Below are positions 17,571 through 27,397 of a DNA stretch of 64,000 bases, in pieces; the stretch's first letter is position 1; every line of letters starts with the position of its first letter. Both the position numbers and the translations under genes were made by a program. Source of the stretch: a bacterium (lineage in GTDB: Bacteria > Electryoneota > Electryoneia > Electryoneales > Electryoneaceae); the NCBI GenBank assembly GCA_963675295.2, contig CAXXKJ010000001.1, positions 96,001 to 160,000 of the forward strand, in the 5' to 3' direction. Under the pieces are notes generated by a model, which ran no database searches, was not told the DNA's origin, and saw only the letters and a program-made list of their open reading frames with translations.

Positions 17571-18461
17571 CTACAAATCCCGCACAATCGCGATGCCGGC
17601 GCGAAGTGTGGACGTTTTCTGGTTGAACGCGTACAACTCCTCGCCGTATCCGCTGAAATACTCCGCGTAAATGTAGAAGTCCTCCCAGTCCCACGGCAGC
17701 TTCACACCGGCGCCAACCCTCACACTCGGGATGATCGGAACATGCACATACCATCGCGTCTGGTCGGGGTGCGCGCGTGGGTGGGGCAGGTGGCCGTCCG
17801 CGTTCTGCACTGCGTCGTACGCGATCGCCCGCTGGTTGTCCGTCACCCGGAATTCCACCTTGCCGAACAGGGATTTCGTCCGCACCGTGACCAGCCAGTT
17901 CATGAAGCCGAGATACGTCGGCATGTCCGGCGCCCAGTGGTGTTCCATCGCCGCGACCAGCCACGCCGATCCCTCGATCTCGAGGTAACTCTCGTCCCCG
18001 AACGGGAGCCACCACGCGCTGTACACCTTCCAGCGGTCCCAGCCACGGGAACTGTCGGACGCCGCGCCGTCGGACTCATGCGCCCGTGCCAACGCCAGCC
18101 GGTGCGGCAGCCACGGCTTGTCTGTCGGAACCTTCCAGCGCACCAGCACTTCCGGGTTCCAGTTGATCTCCTCGAACGGTTGCGAATCTTCTGTCGAAAA
18201 CGCCCAGAACGCCTTGATGTTCATCAGGAACCCGACATCGGGCGCGTAGGTGCTGTACTGGCTGAAACGCAGCAATCGGAGGTGGCTGCTGAGGAAGAAC
18301 TTGATGTCGCCGTTGCCGTCAAAAATCAGGTATTTCGGCTCATAGATCGCCAGTTGATCCTCGAACAACGTGTCCTTGTGGTTCGTGCTGTCCGCCATCG
18401 CGGTCCCAACTGTCAGCAGCAGCCCACCAGCCACGACCCAAACTGCCATCCATCTCCGCAT
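17571..18461 (-). CDS. pldA: Outer-membrane phospholipase A (OMPLA family)
   Basis: KFFLS, PFEEINWNPE, catalytic-type HESDG...SRGWDR, YFSGYGEELYAFN; signal peptide; GGAG upstream of ATG at 18461. Confidence 0.8.
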   Translation of the reverse strand: MRRWMAVWVVAGGLLLTVGTAMADSTNHKDTLFEDQLAIYEPKYLIFDGNGDIKFFLSSHLRLLRFSQYSTYAPDVGFLMNIKAFWAFSTEDSQPFEEINWNPEVLVRWKVPTDKPWLPHRLALARAHESDGAASDSSRGWDRWKVYSAWWLPFGDESYLEIEGSAWLVAAMEHHWAPDMPTYLGFMNWLVTVRTKSLFGKVEFRVTDNQRAIAYDAVQNADGHLPHPRAHPDQTRWYVHVPIIPSVRVGAGVKLPWDWEDFYIYAEYFSGYGEELYAFNQKTSTLRAGIAIVRDL

Positions 18462-18689
18462 GCCCACTCCCCGGAACTCATCCCGTTGTTCGCATAGTAC
18501 TTATAATTCTGTGTAAAATGTAATCCGGTCCTCACGCCTGTGCAAGCGCTTATTGCAAAATGGCCCCGCCGCGATATACATGCAGCCGATTCGCTCAGGA
18601 GACACACAATTTGTTGTTCATGGTTGTATCCTCAGTTTGTGTAGCTCGAGATTTAGGCTTCCCTAAGGAACCGAGACAGGAGTTGACCG

Positions 18690-19436
18690 ATGCCGCAGTT
18701 CAACGTTGACGATCTCACCCTGTTCTACCGGGAGCACGGTTCAGGAACGCCGTTGGTCATCCTGCCGGGAAACACCGCGACATCCGTCTGCCATGAGGGC
18801 GAGTTGGAGTACTTCGGGGACCGGTTCCACACAGTCTCACCGGATTTCCGGGGTACCGGCAGCTCGTCACGGCTGCAACAATGGCCCGGCGACTGGTGGG
18901 AAATTTGCGCTGATGATGTCGTGGCGCTATTGGATCATCTCGGCCTCAAGCAGGCTGTCCTGATGGGCACCAGCGGCGGTGCGAACATCGCCTTGTTGAC
19001 CGCGATCCGGCACCCGGAACGTGTGCTCGCGGTTGTCGCGGACAGCTGCGTCGAAACCTACTCACCGGACAACCTGCGGCAGGAAGTCAAGCAGCGTGAG
19101 TTACGCACCGACAATCAGGTGCAGTTCTGGACCTGGGCGAACGGGGACGAGTGGGAGGCGGTTGTAAATGCCGACAGCGGGCTGCTACTTAACCTGGCGG
19201 AACAGGGCGGCGACATCTACCGGGGACGGTTGCCACAAATCAAGTGCCCCGTGCTGCTGACCGGATCGCTGCACGATTCATTCCTGCCGGATATCGAAGC
19301 GCAACAGCAACGGATAGCAGAGCAAATCCCGAATTGCCGTGTGGTTCAGCATTCTGACGGCGACCATCCGTTCATGTGGACCAGTCCGGACCGGTTCCGA
19401 GCCGCTGCGGATGAGTTCCTCGCCCGATTTGTCTGA
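18690..19436 (+). CDS. Alpha/beta-fold hydrolase
   Basis: DFRGTGSS, nucleophile motif GTSGG, C-terminal DH. Confidence 0.9.
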   Translation: MPQFNVDDLTLFYREHGSGTPLVILPGNTATSVCHEGELEYFGDRFHTVSPDFRGTGSSSRLQQWPGDWWEICADDVVALLDHLGLKQAVLMGTSGGANIALLTAIRHPERVLAVVADSCVETYSPDNLRQEVKQRELRTDNQVQFWTWANGDEWEAVVNADSGLLLNLAEQGGDIYRGRLPQIKCPVLLTGSLHDSFLPDIEAQQQRIAEQIPNCRVVQHSDGDHPFMWTSPDRFRAAADEFLARFV

Positions 19437-19465
19437 CACGGTGTGCGTCGAACAGTAGTCAGAAG

Positions 19466-20818
19466 CTACCCGGACCGTCCATCACCAACTTCCAGGTCGA
19501 TCTCCAGCGCCTGCATCTTGCGGTAGAGGGTGCTCGGGTCGATGCCGAGCTGGGCGGCCGTTTTGCCGCGGTGGCCGTTGAACCGGCGTAACGCGTTCTC
19601 GATCAAAGCGCGTTCCATCTCCCGCAACGACATCCCCTCCAGCGCGGTCAGGCGATCATCCGCCTCGCCGCGAAATTCCTCCGGCAGGTGCATTGGTTCG
19701 ATCACCCCGCCACGGCTCAACACGAACGCCTGTTCGAGGATATTCTCCAATTCACGCACATTGCCCGGATAGTCGTAGGCGATGAGACGCGCGAGGGTCG
19801 CTTCGCTGACACCGGAACTGTCACGATTCTGCAGCCGGGCGATCCGTGCCAGCAGGTGATTGACCAGCAATGGGATGTCGCCACGGCGTTCCCGCAACGG
19901 CGGCAGCTGCAGCTGAATCACCCGCACACGATAGTACAGATCCTCACGGAACGTACCACGCTTCACGTCGCGCTTGAGGTTGTGATGCGTCGCCGCGACC
20001 ACGCGCACATCCACCGGAATTGTCTCGACAGAACCCAGCGGTTCGATCACCCGTTCCTGCAGCACCCGCAGCAGCCGCACCTGCATCGCGGGCGAAATGT
20101 CACCGATTTCGTCGAGGAAAATGGTGCCGCCCTGCGCGCGCTGGAACCGGCCCGGCTTGTCCTGGTGGGCGTCGGTGAACGCCCCTTTCACATGCCCGAA
20201 CAACTCGGATTCGAGCAACGTGTCCGGCAGTGACGCACAGTTCACCGCGACAAAAGGCTTGTCTTTACGCGGGGACAGGTTGTGAATTGCACGCGCGAAC
20301 AGCTCTTTCCCGGTGCCGCTCTCGCCAACCAGCAGCACCGTGCTCGCGCTCTCCGCGATCTGCGGCAGGATGTCGAACAACTCCCGCATCGGGGCTGAGC
20401 GGCCAACGATATCCTCGAACGTGTACCGCGCTTCCAGCTCCTTGCGCAATTGTTCGACACGGCTGAGATCCTGCATCGTCTCAACCCCGCCGATCACATC
20501 ACCGGCCTCGTCACGCAGCAACGCCGTCGACAGTCGCACCGGCACACGATCCCCATCGTTGTTGACAATGTGCGCGACAGCGTTCATCACCGGCTTGCTC
20601 GATTCCAGCGTACGCCTTAACGCGCAACGGGTTTCGCAGATATCGGTGTGGAAAATTTCCCAGCACGGCTGCCCGAGTGCGTCCTCACGCGTCACCCCGG
20701 TCAACTGCTCTGCGATGCGGTTGAAGGAGGTGATGCGCCAGTCCGGATCGACAGTAAACACCCCTTCGTTGATCGAATCCAGGATCGTCTGCTCACGGTT
20801 GATCCGTTGCGCTGTCAT
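19466..20818 (-). CDS. Sigma54-dependent activator, PAS-AAA+-Fis HTH (OrpR-like)
   Basis: PAS with C-x8-C-x3-C; [36 protein letters not shown]; GGAGG RBS. Confidence 0.93.
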   Translation of the reverse strand: MTAQRINREQTILDSINEGVFTVDPDWRITSFNRIAEQLTGVTREDALGQPCWEIFHTDICETRCALRRTLESSKPVMNAVAHIVNNDGDRVPVRLSTALLRDEAGDVIGGVETMQDLSRVEQLRKELEARYTFEDIVGRSAPMRELFDILPQIAESASTVLLVGESGTGKELFARAIHNLSPRKDKPFVAVNCASLPDTLLESELFGHVKGAFTDAHQDKPGRFQRAQGGTIFLDEIGDISPAMQVRLLRVLQERVIEPLGSVETIPVDVRVVAATHHNLKRDVKRGTFREDLYYRVRVIQLQLPPLRERRGDIPLLVNHLLARIARLQNRDSSGVSEATLARLIAYDYPGNVRELENILEQAFVLSRGGVIEPMHLPEEFRGEADDRLTALEGMSLREMERALIENALRRFNGHRGKTAAQLGIDPSTLYRKMQALEIDLEVGDGRSG

Positions 20819-20852
20819 CGTCCCGTCCTCCGGCTTGCAGTCCGCCATAATC

Positions 20853-20903
20853 TGCACGAATGATTCTTGCAAAATGCAAGAATCATGTTTCACGACTCGT
20901 GCA
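20853..20903. promoter_or_regulatory. Candidate enhancer (UAS) palindrome for a sigma54 activator
   Basis: Perfect IR ATGATTCTTGCA-AAA-TGCAAGAATCAT (20860-20886) inside TGCACGA...TCGTGCA; about 120-140 bp upstream of a -24/-12 site. Confidence 0.7.
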
Positions 20904-21001
20904 AGATACAAAAATCATCTAATCAAGTACAACATGAAGCTCTCTTCGTAATAGCATTATAAATAGGTAAATACGGAGTTGCCAGTATGTGTACCAGGAA
21001 T

Positions 21002-21016
21002 TGGCCCGCTTTCTGC
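21002..21016 (+). promoter_or_regulatory. Sigma54 -24/-12 promoter of the orp-like operon
   Basis: TGGCCCGCTTTCTGC = GG-N10-GC. Confidence 0.7.
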
Positions 21017-21028
21017 CCTGCATCAGGC

Positions 21029-21409
21029 ATGAAGGTGGCAATACCGCAATGGATGGGGCGAGTCTCCCCAGTGCTGGATGTGGCGAACCGGCTCGTGATC
21101 TGTGAACGGACCGAGCGTGGCGACATCATCCGGGAAGACATCCTGCTCGCGGACAACGATCCGTACACCCGCGCCGAAACGTTGCGTGCGCTGGGGATCA
21201 CGGAGGTGGTCTGCGGAACCTTGTCGCGCGGTTTGCGGCGGGCGCTGCAGGCGGCCGGGATTGACATCTACCCGCATGTGCGGGGCGACATCGAGCAGGT
21301 GGTGGACGCCTGTCTGAACGGATCCATCGCGAGTGACGACTTCCGCATGCCCGGCTGCGGGCATGGGCGGCGGCACGGCATGCGCCACCGTCGGGGACGA
21401 CACCGGTAA
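21029..21409 (+). CDS. NifB/NifX-family (FeMo-co domain) protein
   Basis: MKVAIP...RVSPVLD...EVVCGTLS...FRMPGC. Confidence 0.85.
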   Translation: MKVAIPQWMGRVSPVLDVANRLVICERTERGDIIREDILLADNDPYTRAETLRALGITEVVCGTLSRGLRRALQAAGIDIYPHVRGDIEQVVDACLNGSIASDDFRMPGCGHGRRHGMRHRRGRHR

Positions 21410-21438
21410 CACAACAAGAAATACGAAGGAGCAGAACG

Positions 21439-21837
21439 ATGGCAAAGGGAAACAAGAAAGGCCCGTACAATCAGGGACCGATGACCGGCCGTGGAATGGG
21501 CTACTGCGCCGGTTTCCATGAACCGGGCTACATGAACCCCGGTTTCGGCGGTGGACGCGGCCGTGGGTTTGGTGGCGGCGGAGGCATGGGCTGGCGTCAC
21601 GGTCAGGGCGGCGGCGGTGGACGTGGTCGCGGCTTTGGCTGGGGCGGCGGCATGGGACGCGGATTCCATCCCGGTATGGCAGTGCCGCCGTGGGCGGAAC
21701 AGGGCTATCCGGGCTACGAGGACGAGGATGAACTCGAGTTCCTCAAAACGCAGGCGAAGTCGTACGAGAGCGACCTCAAGACGATTCGCAAGCGGATGGA
21801 TTCGCTCGAACGCGACATGAAGCAGGACAAGGACTAA
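21439..21837 (+). CDS. DUF5320-like Gly/Arg-rich protein
   Basis: GP.GPMTGRGMGYCAG, GRG repeats, C-terminal coiled coil; GGAG RBS. Confidence 0.85.
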   Translation: MAKGNKKGPYNQGPMTGRGMGYCAGFHEPGYMNPGFGGGRGRGFGGGGGMGWRHGQGGGGGRGRGFGWGGGMGRGFHPGMAVPPWAEQGYPGYEDEDELEFLKTQAKSYESDLKTIRKRMDSLERDMKQDKD

Positions 21838-21877
21838 CCGCCGGACCGGTTCACACCGTTTCAGCGGAGGAGGCACT

Positions 21878-22309
21878 ATGAGCCCGCGAGGACGAGGATT
21901 CGGCCGAGGAATGGGCGGAGGAGGCCGTGGACACGGCGGGGGACGGGCACACCGTCTCCGGGATGGATCCTGCCGGGGTGGATCTGTCCTTTCACCGGGC
22001 AACGTGGAACGGAACGCCGCCGCGATCAAGGCGGCATCCACCGTCGCGCTACCGTTGCTGAAGCTGGCCGGACAAGCCTTGCTGCAGGCGACGCGCGGCC
22101 TGCTGGAACGTGCGCGGCAACGCCCAGAAACCGCCCGGATTGAGACGACTGTTCGTTCGGCGAACCGTGAACTCGCGACACAGCAGGAACCGGAGCAGAT
22201 CGAGGTGATCGACGTGGAAGCGTTGCCTGTGGACGAGGACAACAAAGATGGCCGCTATCTGGATACGGCACCGCGGACATCTGTACGGGATTCCGGTGCA
22301 ACGGAGTGA
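21878..22309 (+). CDS. Hypothetical protein with Gly/Arg-rich N-terminus
   Basis: GGAGG RBS; in operon; GRGFGRGMGG...RDGSC. Confidence 0.6.
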   Translation: MSPRGRGFGRGMGGGGRGHGGGRAHRLRDGSCRGGSVLSPGNVERNAAAIKAASTVALPLLKLAGQALLQATRGLLERARQRPETARIETTVRSANRELATQQEPEQIEVIDVEALPVDEDNKDGRYLDTAPRTSVRDSGATE

Positions 22310-22311
22310 GG

Positions 22312-22674
22312 ATGACCATGCGAATTGCATTCACAACATCCGGCGATTCGTTGCAGGCAGCATTCGAACCTCATGTCGCACGGGCGAGTCACATCCTGCT
22401 GTACGACAGATCCAGTGGGATGTTCGAGGTCCTGCCGGGTTGCCAGCCCGCAAGCCGGGACCAGCAACCCGGGGTGCAGCTCGCGCACGCTTTGCAACGG
22501 ATCGGCGTCGATACACTGGTGACCGGGCATGGTGACGCTCAAGACCTCCAACAGTTGAAGTCGGAAGGCATTGACGTTTGCGAACTGGATGCGACAACCG
22601 TCGCGGATGCGTTCAACCAGTTCAACGCCTTGCACGCGAAAGCGCAAGGAACGGCGTCAGCTCCGCAACACTAA
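22312..22674 (+). CDS. NifB/NifX-family protein (divergent)
   Basis: MRIAFTTSGDSL...RASHILLYD...LVTGH. Confidence 0.78.
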   Translation: MTMRIAFTTSGDSLQAAFEPHVARASHILLYDRSSGMFEVLPGCQPASRDQQPGVQLAHALQRIGVDTLVTGHGDAQDLQQLKSEGIDVCELDATTVADAFNQFNALHAKAQGTASAPQH

Positions 22675-22740
22675 TGTCGAGCCGCAGCCTTGTGAATCCG
22701 ACTGGACCCGGACCTGTGCCGGGGTAAACCGAGGGGCAGC

Positions 22741-23184
22741 ATGACAAAGATCGCGGTCATCATCTGTGACCGGTACCGCAACTGCGGTGGGGGAAAGTGC
22801 TTCCGGGCGCTGCGGGAGCGGAAGGGCGGTTTTACACGCTATCCGGCGGATGAGGACGTCGAGATCGTCGGGTATTCCACCTGCGGCGGTTGTCCCGGCG
22901 GCAACATCGAGTATGTCCCCGCCGAGTTCAAGAAGAACGGCGCCGAGGTGGTGCATCTGGCGACCGGATTCGTGGTGGGGTACCCTCCGTGCCCGTACCT
23001 GGCCGGGTTCAAGACCTACATCGAGACGATTCATCACCTGCCGGTTGTGGTCGGGACGCACCCGATCCCGCTGAAATACCTGCAGGCACATGAACAGCTT
23101 CCCTTCTGGAAAGATTCCGGCATGCGAGAGCTTGCGGGCGAGCTGATGGACGAGTCGGCAGATACGATGGAAGCCTACAACTGA
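22741..23184 (+). CDS. CGGC-domain protein
   Basis: KIAVIIC...CGGGKC...TCGGCPG...PCP...VVGTH. Confidence 0.9.
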   Translation: MTKIAVIICDRYRNCGGGKCFRALRERKGGFTRYPADEDVEIVGYSTCGGCPGGNIEYVPAEFKKNGAEVVHLATGFVVGYPPCPYLAGFKTYIETIHHLPVVVGTHPIPLKYLQAHEQLPFWKDSGMRELAGELMDESADTMEAYN

Positions 23185-23200
23185 TACGAGGACCAGCAAC

Positions 23201-23563
23201 GTGAAAATCGCGGTTACGACATCCGGTACCGATCTGAACGCTCCATTCGAAGCACGCTTCGGTCGTGCGGCCTGCTTTCTCATCTACGATCTCGAGCAGT
23301 CGGCGTTTGAAATCATCGACAACCAGGCGAACGCGCAAGCCGCTCGTGGCGCGGGAATCCAGGCGGCGCAGTCGGTGTGCCAGCGTGGCGCTCAGGTGTT
23401 GTTGACCGGCCATTGCGGGCCGAAGGCGTGGGATGTACTTCAGGCGGCTGGGGTTGAGGTGTTCAACATCGAGGCGACCACGGTGGCGAACGCGTTGGAA
23501 CAGTACAACAACGGATCGCTTACGCCAGCCGGGGGCGCCAATGTCCAAGGACACTGGTCATGA
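23201..23563 (+). CDS. NifB/NifX-family protein (Orange-protein-like)
   Basis: MKIAVT...RFGRA...GAGIQAAQ...LLTGHCGPKA...ANVQGHW. Confidence 0.9.
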   Translation: MKIAVTTSGTDLNAPFEARFGRAACFLIYDLEQSAFEIIDNQANAQAARGAGIQAAQSVCQRGAQVLLTGHCGPKAWDVLQAAGVEVFNIEATTVANALEQYNNGSLTPAGGANVQGHWS

Positions 23564-24087
23564 GCCAATCCCTCACCCTGCACCCGATCGGCGTCATCCG
23601 AAGCGTACACACCGAGCCGGAGAAGACACCGATCCAGCCGATGTTCGCGCAGGATTGCATCGGAACCGTCGTTGTGGACGAGAAATACCTCGACGCACTC
23701 GCCGATATCGACCGCTTCTCGCATCTTTACCTGATTTACTGGCTGCACAAGGCCGGACCGGTGAAGTTGAAGCTGAAGCCGTTCCTGAGTGACGACATTC
23801 GCGGGTTGTTCGCGACACGAGCACCGAGCCGCCCCAACCCGATCGGGATGAGCATCGTCGAGCTGATCAGCCGGGACGAAAACATCCTCGATGTGCGCGG
23901 CGTGGACATCCTCGATGGGACCCCGTTGCTGGATATCAAGCCATACACCGAACGGTTTGACAATGTGCAGACCCGCCGCAACGGCTGGCAGGACAGGTTG
24001 GACGACGAAACCGCGGAACGGTTGGGAAGACGCAACTACCAGCCCGCTCCACCTGTACCCGAACATGAAAATAGACGGAAGGATTGA
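23560..24087 (+). CDS. tsaA: TsaA/TrmO-family SAM-binding methyltransferase
   Basis: PIGVIRS, GLFATRAPSRPNPIG, DGTPLLDIKPY. Confidence 0.88.
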   Translation: MSQSLTLHPIGVIRSVHTEPEKTPIQPMFAQDCIGTVVVDEKYLDALADIDRFSHLYLIYWLHKAGPVKLKLKPFLSDDIRGLFATRAPSRPNPIGMSIVELISRDENILDVRGVDILDGTPLLDIKPYTERFDNVQTRRNGWQDRLDDETAERLGRRNYQPAPPVPEHENRRKD

Positions 24088-24093
24088 CCCACG

Positions 24094-24966
24094 ATGAAAC
24101 TCGTGATCGCCAGCGGGAAAGGCGGCGCCGGTAAGACGATGGTCGCGACCAACCTGGCTTGGACTGCCGCGCAACAAGGCATCGACACGGCCTTTCTCGA
24201 CTGCGATGTGGAAGAACCGAACGCCGCGCTGTTTCTCAAGCCGGAGATCGATAACGTTTTGCCGGTGCACGTACCGACGCCGGTGATCAACCAGGACGCG
24301 TGTACGCACTGCGGGCTGTGTTCCGATATCTGCCGCTACAACGCGCTCGCCGTGCTCAGCGACAAGGTGCTGTTGTTCAACGAATTGTGCCACTCCTGCG
24401 GCGGATGCGTGCATGTCTGCCCGGAGCACGCGATCCACGAGGAACCGCGCCTTGTCGGACACATCGACGTTGGCCAGTCCGGCACGCTGAAGGTCCGTTC
24501 CGGTGTGCTCAAGGTGGGGGAGGCAATCGCTCCGCCGGTGGTGAAGGCGGTGAAACAGCAGGCTGGCGACGAAACCCTGACCATCCTCGACTCCCCGCCC
24601 GGAACCGCCTGCCCGGCGGTGGAAACGGTGCGTGATGCCGACTTCGTGCTCTTCGTCGGCGAAGCGACACCGTTTGGACGGCACGATCTCGCGCTCGCGA
24701 TCGACCTCGCGGAAGCGCTGAAACGACCGTTCGCCGTGATGCTGAACCGTGCCGATCTCGACCATGGCGAGACGAAACGCTGGTGCGAGGAGAAGGGATA
24801 CAGCGTCCTTGCGGAAATCAACGAGGACCGGCGGATCGCTGAAACCTGCTCAAGCGGCGCGCTGGTCGTGGACACACTTCCCGACTACCAGGAGGTGTTC
24901 AGCAAACTGCTGGTGGATGTGAATGCGGCGGCGGGGATCACCACAAACGAACAGGTGCGCGGATGA
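24094..24966 (+). CDS. MinD-like P-loop ATPase with 2x[4Fe-4S] insert
   Basis: ASGKGGAGKT, DCDVEEPN, two CxxCxxCxxxC, DSPPGTACP. Confidence 0.92.
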   Translation: MKLVIASGKGGAGKTMVATNLAWTAAQQGIDTAFLDCDVEEPNAALFLKPEIDNVLPVHVPTPVINQDACTHCGLCSDICRYNALAVLSDKVLLFNELCHSCGGCVHVCPEHAIHEEPRLVGHIDVGQSGTLKVRSGVLKVGEAIAPPVVKAVKQQAGDETLTILDSPPGTACPAVETVRDADFVLFVGEATPFGRHDLALAIDLAEALKRPFAVMLNRADLDHGETKRWCEEKGYSVLAEINEDRRIAETCSSGALVVDTLPDYQEVFSKLLVDVNAAAGITTNEQVRG

Positions 24967-25862
24967 AACCGACGGAACTGGTTGTGATCAGCGGCAAGGG
25001 CGGAACCGGCAAAACGTCGCTGGTGGCGGCGTTCGCCACGCTGGCTGCTGAATGTGTCCTGGCGGATTGTGATGTGGACGCGTCCAACCTGCACCTGATC
25101 CACCACTCGGAGCTGGTGCTGCGCGAACCGTTCTCCGGACGCGTGCGTGCATCGATTGATCCGGATCGCTGCACCGACTGTGGCATCTGCGAAACCCTGT
25201 GCCGCTTCGACGCGATCCAGCCATCGGGTGGAAACGGATTCACGCCGGTTTTCCACCCGACGATCAACCCGCATCTGTGCGAGGGGTGCGGCGTGTGCGC
25301 GTGGTTCTGCCCGGAAAAGGCGATTGACCTCTACGACGGCGAGGACGGGCACGTGCTGCTGTCCAAAACCCGTTGCGGGCCGATGGCGCACGCCCGGCTC
25401 GGCGTCGCCGGCGAAAATTCCGGTAAGCTGGTTGGCCTGGTCCGTGAACAGGCACGCGAGCTGGCCGTCATGCGCGAGCTGGACACCATCCTGATTGACG
25501 GGTCTCCCGGGATCGGCTGCCCGGTGATCGCGTCCCTGACCGGCGCGGACATGGCGCTGATCGTGACCGAGCCGAGCGTCAGCGGCGTGCACGACATGAA
25601 GCGCATCGCCGAACTGGCCGCGGGTTTCGGCATTCCGACGCTGGTCGCCGTCAACCGCTGGGATGTCAACCCGCAGTTGACTGATGAGATTGAATCGCTG
25701 GCGGTCAAACATGGCCTTGAGTTCGCGGGACGGGTTCGCTACGACACCGCGTTCAGCCGGGCGCAGCTCGAGGGCAAATCGGTGCTGGATATCGAAAGCA
25801 ACGACCTCGCGGATGATATCAAGCAGGTGTGGTCGGTCGTGGAGGCGCGGCTCCACAATTGA
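24963..25862 (+). CDS. MinD-like P-loop ATPase with 2x[4Fe-4S] insert (partner subunit)
   Basis: ISGKGGTGKT, DCDVDASN, two ferredoxin motifs, ENSGKLV, DGSPGIGCP. Confidence 0.92.
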   Translation: MKPTELVVISGKGGTGKTSLVAAFATLAAECVLADCDVDASNLHLIHHSELVLREPFSGRVRASIDPDRCTDCGICETLCRFDAIQPSGGNGFTPVFHPTINPHLCEGCGVCAWFCPEKAIDLYDGEDGHVLLSKTRCGPMAHARLGVAGENSGKLVGLVREQARELAVMRELDTILIDGSPGIGCPVIASLTGADMALIVTEPSVSGVHDMKRIAELAAGFGIPTLVAVNRWDVNPQLTDEIESLAVKHGLEFAGRVRYDTAFSRAQLEGKSVLDIESNDLADDIKQVWSVVEARLHN

Positions 25863-25878
25863 CGGAGGAGCTTCAGCC

Positions 25879-26799
25879 ATGAAACATGTTTATGGGCCTG
25901 TGCCCTCTAGGCGGTTGGGCAGGTCACTGGGTATCGACCTGGTCCCATACAAAACATGCAGTTTCGACTGCATTTACTGCCAGTTGAAACGTACGACTCT
26001 GCTGACGACTGAGCGCCGCGAATGGTATCCGCTGGACGACGTAGTGGAGGACGTTAAAAGCAGCCTGTCGCAAGAGTTCGATTACATCACTCTGAGCGGG
26101 TCCGGCGATCCCACGCTCTACAGTCGGCTGGGAGAATTGATCGACCGGATTCATTCACTGACGGATCGTCCTGTCGCAGTGCTGACCAACGGATCGCTGC
26201 TCTGGCGGGAGGATGTGCGGCAGGAGCTGAAGGAGGCTGACCTGTTGATCCCTTCGCTGGACGCCGGGGATGAAGAAACCTTCCAGTTGGTCAACCGGCC
26301 CACTGATGAGTTGAACCTGGGCTTGATCGTCGAGGGTTTGATCCAGACCCGGGAACAGTTCCGCGGCGAGCTGTGGCTCGAGATCATGTTGGTGAATGAA
26401 TGGAACACGTCCGATGAGCAGGTCCAACGGATTGCCGACCAGATTCGTTGGATTCGACCGAACCACGTGCAGCTGAACACCGTGATCCGGCCTGCAACCG
26501 AAACGTATGCCGTGGCGGTCCCTCCCGGCCGTCTGGGGAAAATTGCGACTCACTTCTCAAACGCGGACGTGATCGCCGGGTTCTCCTCAGAAGAGCTGCA
26601 AGACGCAAAACTAATGTCCGGAACGGGTGAAGAATCGGTGATGGAAATGCTGATCCGGCGTCCGTGCACGTTGCAGGATTTGTCGGATGGACTGCAATGC
26701 CACCCCAACGAGGCAGTCAAAGCACTGGACCGCTTGCAGGAAATGGGAAAGATCCGCACACGTGATGTGGATGACAAGATGTATTACCTGGCGTGCTGA
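25879..26799 (+). CDS. Radical SAM protein
   Basis: [36 protein letters not shown]; GGAGG RBS. Confidence 0.92.
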   Translation: MKHVYGPVPSRRLGRSLGIDLVPYKTCSFDCIYCQLKRTTLLTTERREWYPLDDVVEDVKSSLSQEFDYITLSGSGDPTLYSRLGELIDRIHSLTDRPVAVLTNGSLLWREDVRQELKEADLLIPSLDAGDEETFQLVNRPTDELNLGLIVEGLIQTREQFRGELWLEIMLVNEWNTSDEQVQRIADQIRWIRPNHVQLNTVIRPATETYAVAVPPGRLGKIATHFSNADVIAGFSSEELQDAKLMSGTGEESVMEMLIRRPCTLQDLSDGLQCHPNEAVKALDRLQEMGKIRTRDVDDKMYYLAC

Positions 26800-26910
26800 A
26801 CCATTAAACAGTGTTGGGTTCGCATAGCCCGGATCAAGTTGAACAAGAACGAACCTGAGGTCACCCCTGACCCTCTCCAATGACACCTTGATGCCCACTA
26901 TAAGACCAAA

Positions 26911-26949
26911 CCGCCCGTGGCATGGACCTTCCCAGTCTGCCACGGGCGG
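26911..26949. terminator. Hairpin between convergent operons
   Basis: CCGCCCGTGGCA / TGCCACGGGCGG perfect 12-bp stem. Confidence 0.65.
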
Positions 26950-26978
26950 AATGATTTTGTCAGAATGGTTGGTTCGAA

Positions 26979-27329
26979 TCAGTCGAGGCCTTCCTTCTCA
27001 AACTGCTTCACAGCCTCATAGGCTTCGATGCCGTAAATCACGGACGGTCCGCCACCCATCAGAATCGCCACGCCGATCGTCTCAAGGATTTCCTCCCTGG
27101 ATGCGCCGGCCTTGAGCGAATCGTGCACATGGAACGAGATACACCCGTTACAGCGAACGGTGATGGCGATGCTGAGCGCGATCAACTCCTTGGTTTTCTT
27201 GTCAAGCGCGCCTTTGCCGCCAGCCGCCTGATGAAGCTGGCCGAAGCCTTCCATTACGCCGGGCAGATCCTGATGCAGCCGCTTCATCATCCCGACGGTG
27301 TGCTTGTAGGTCTCCGGATAGTTGTGCAT
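26979..27329 (-). CDS. Carboxymuconolactone decarboxylase/AhpD-family protein
   Basis: LDKKTKELIAL...RCNGCISFH...GASREEI...MGGGP. Confidence 0.92.
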   Translation of the reverse strand: MHNYPETYKHTVGMMKRLHQDLPGVMEGFGQLHQAAGGKGALDKKTKELIALSIAITVRCNGCISFHVHDSLKAGASREEILETIGVAILMGGGPSVIYGIEAYEAVKQFEKEGLD

Positions 27330-27397
27330 CGTCTCCTCCTTTTACCAGTCAGGTAGCCATGCAAGAGTTTCAGCGAAATTCGTCCTGTTGAATCCAT

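Noticed and set aside
21029-23563. Nitrogen fixation genes
   Set aside because: Only stand-alone NifB/NifX domains; no nifHDK; context is orp-like
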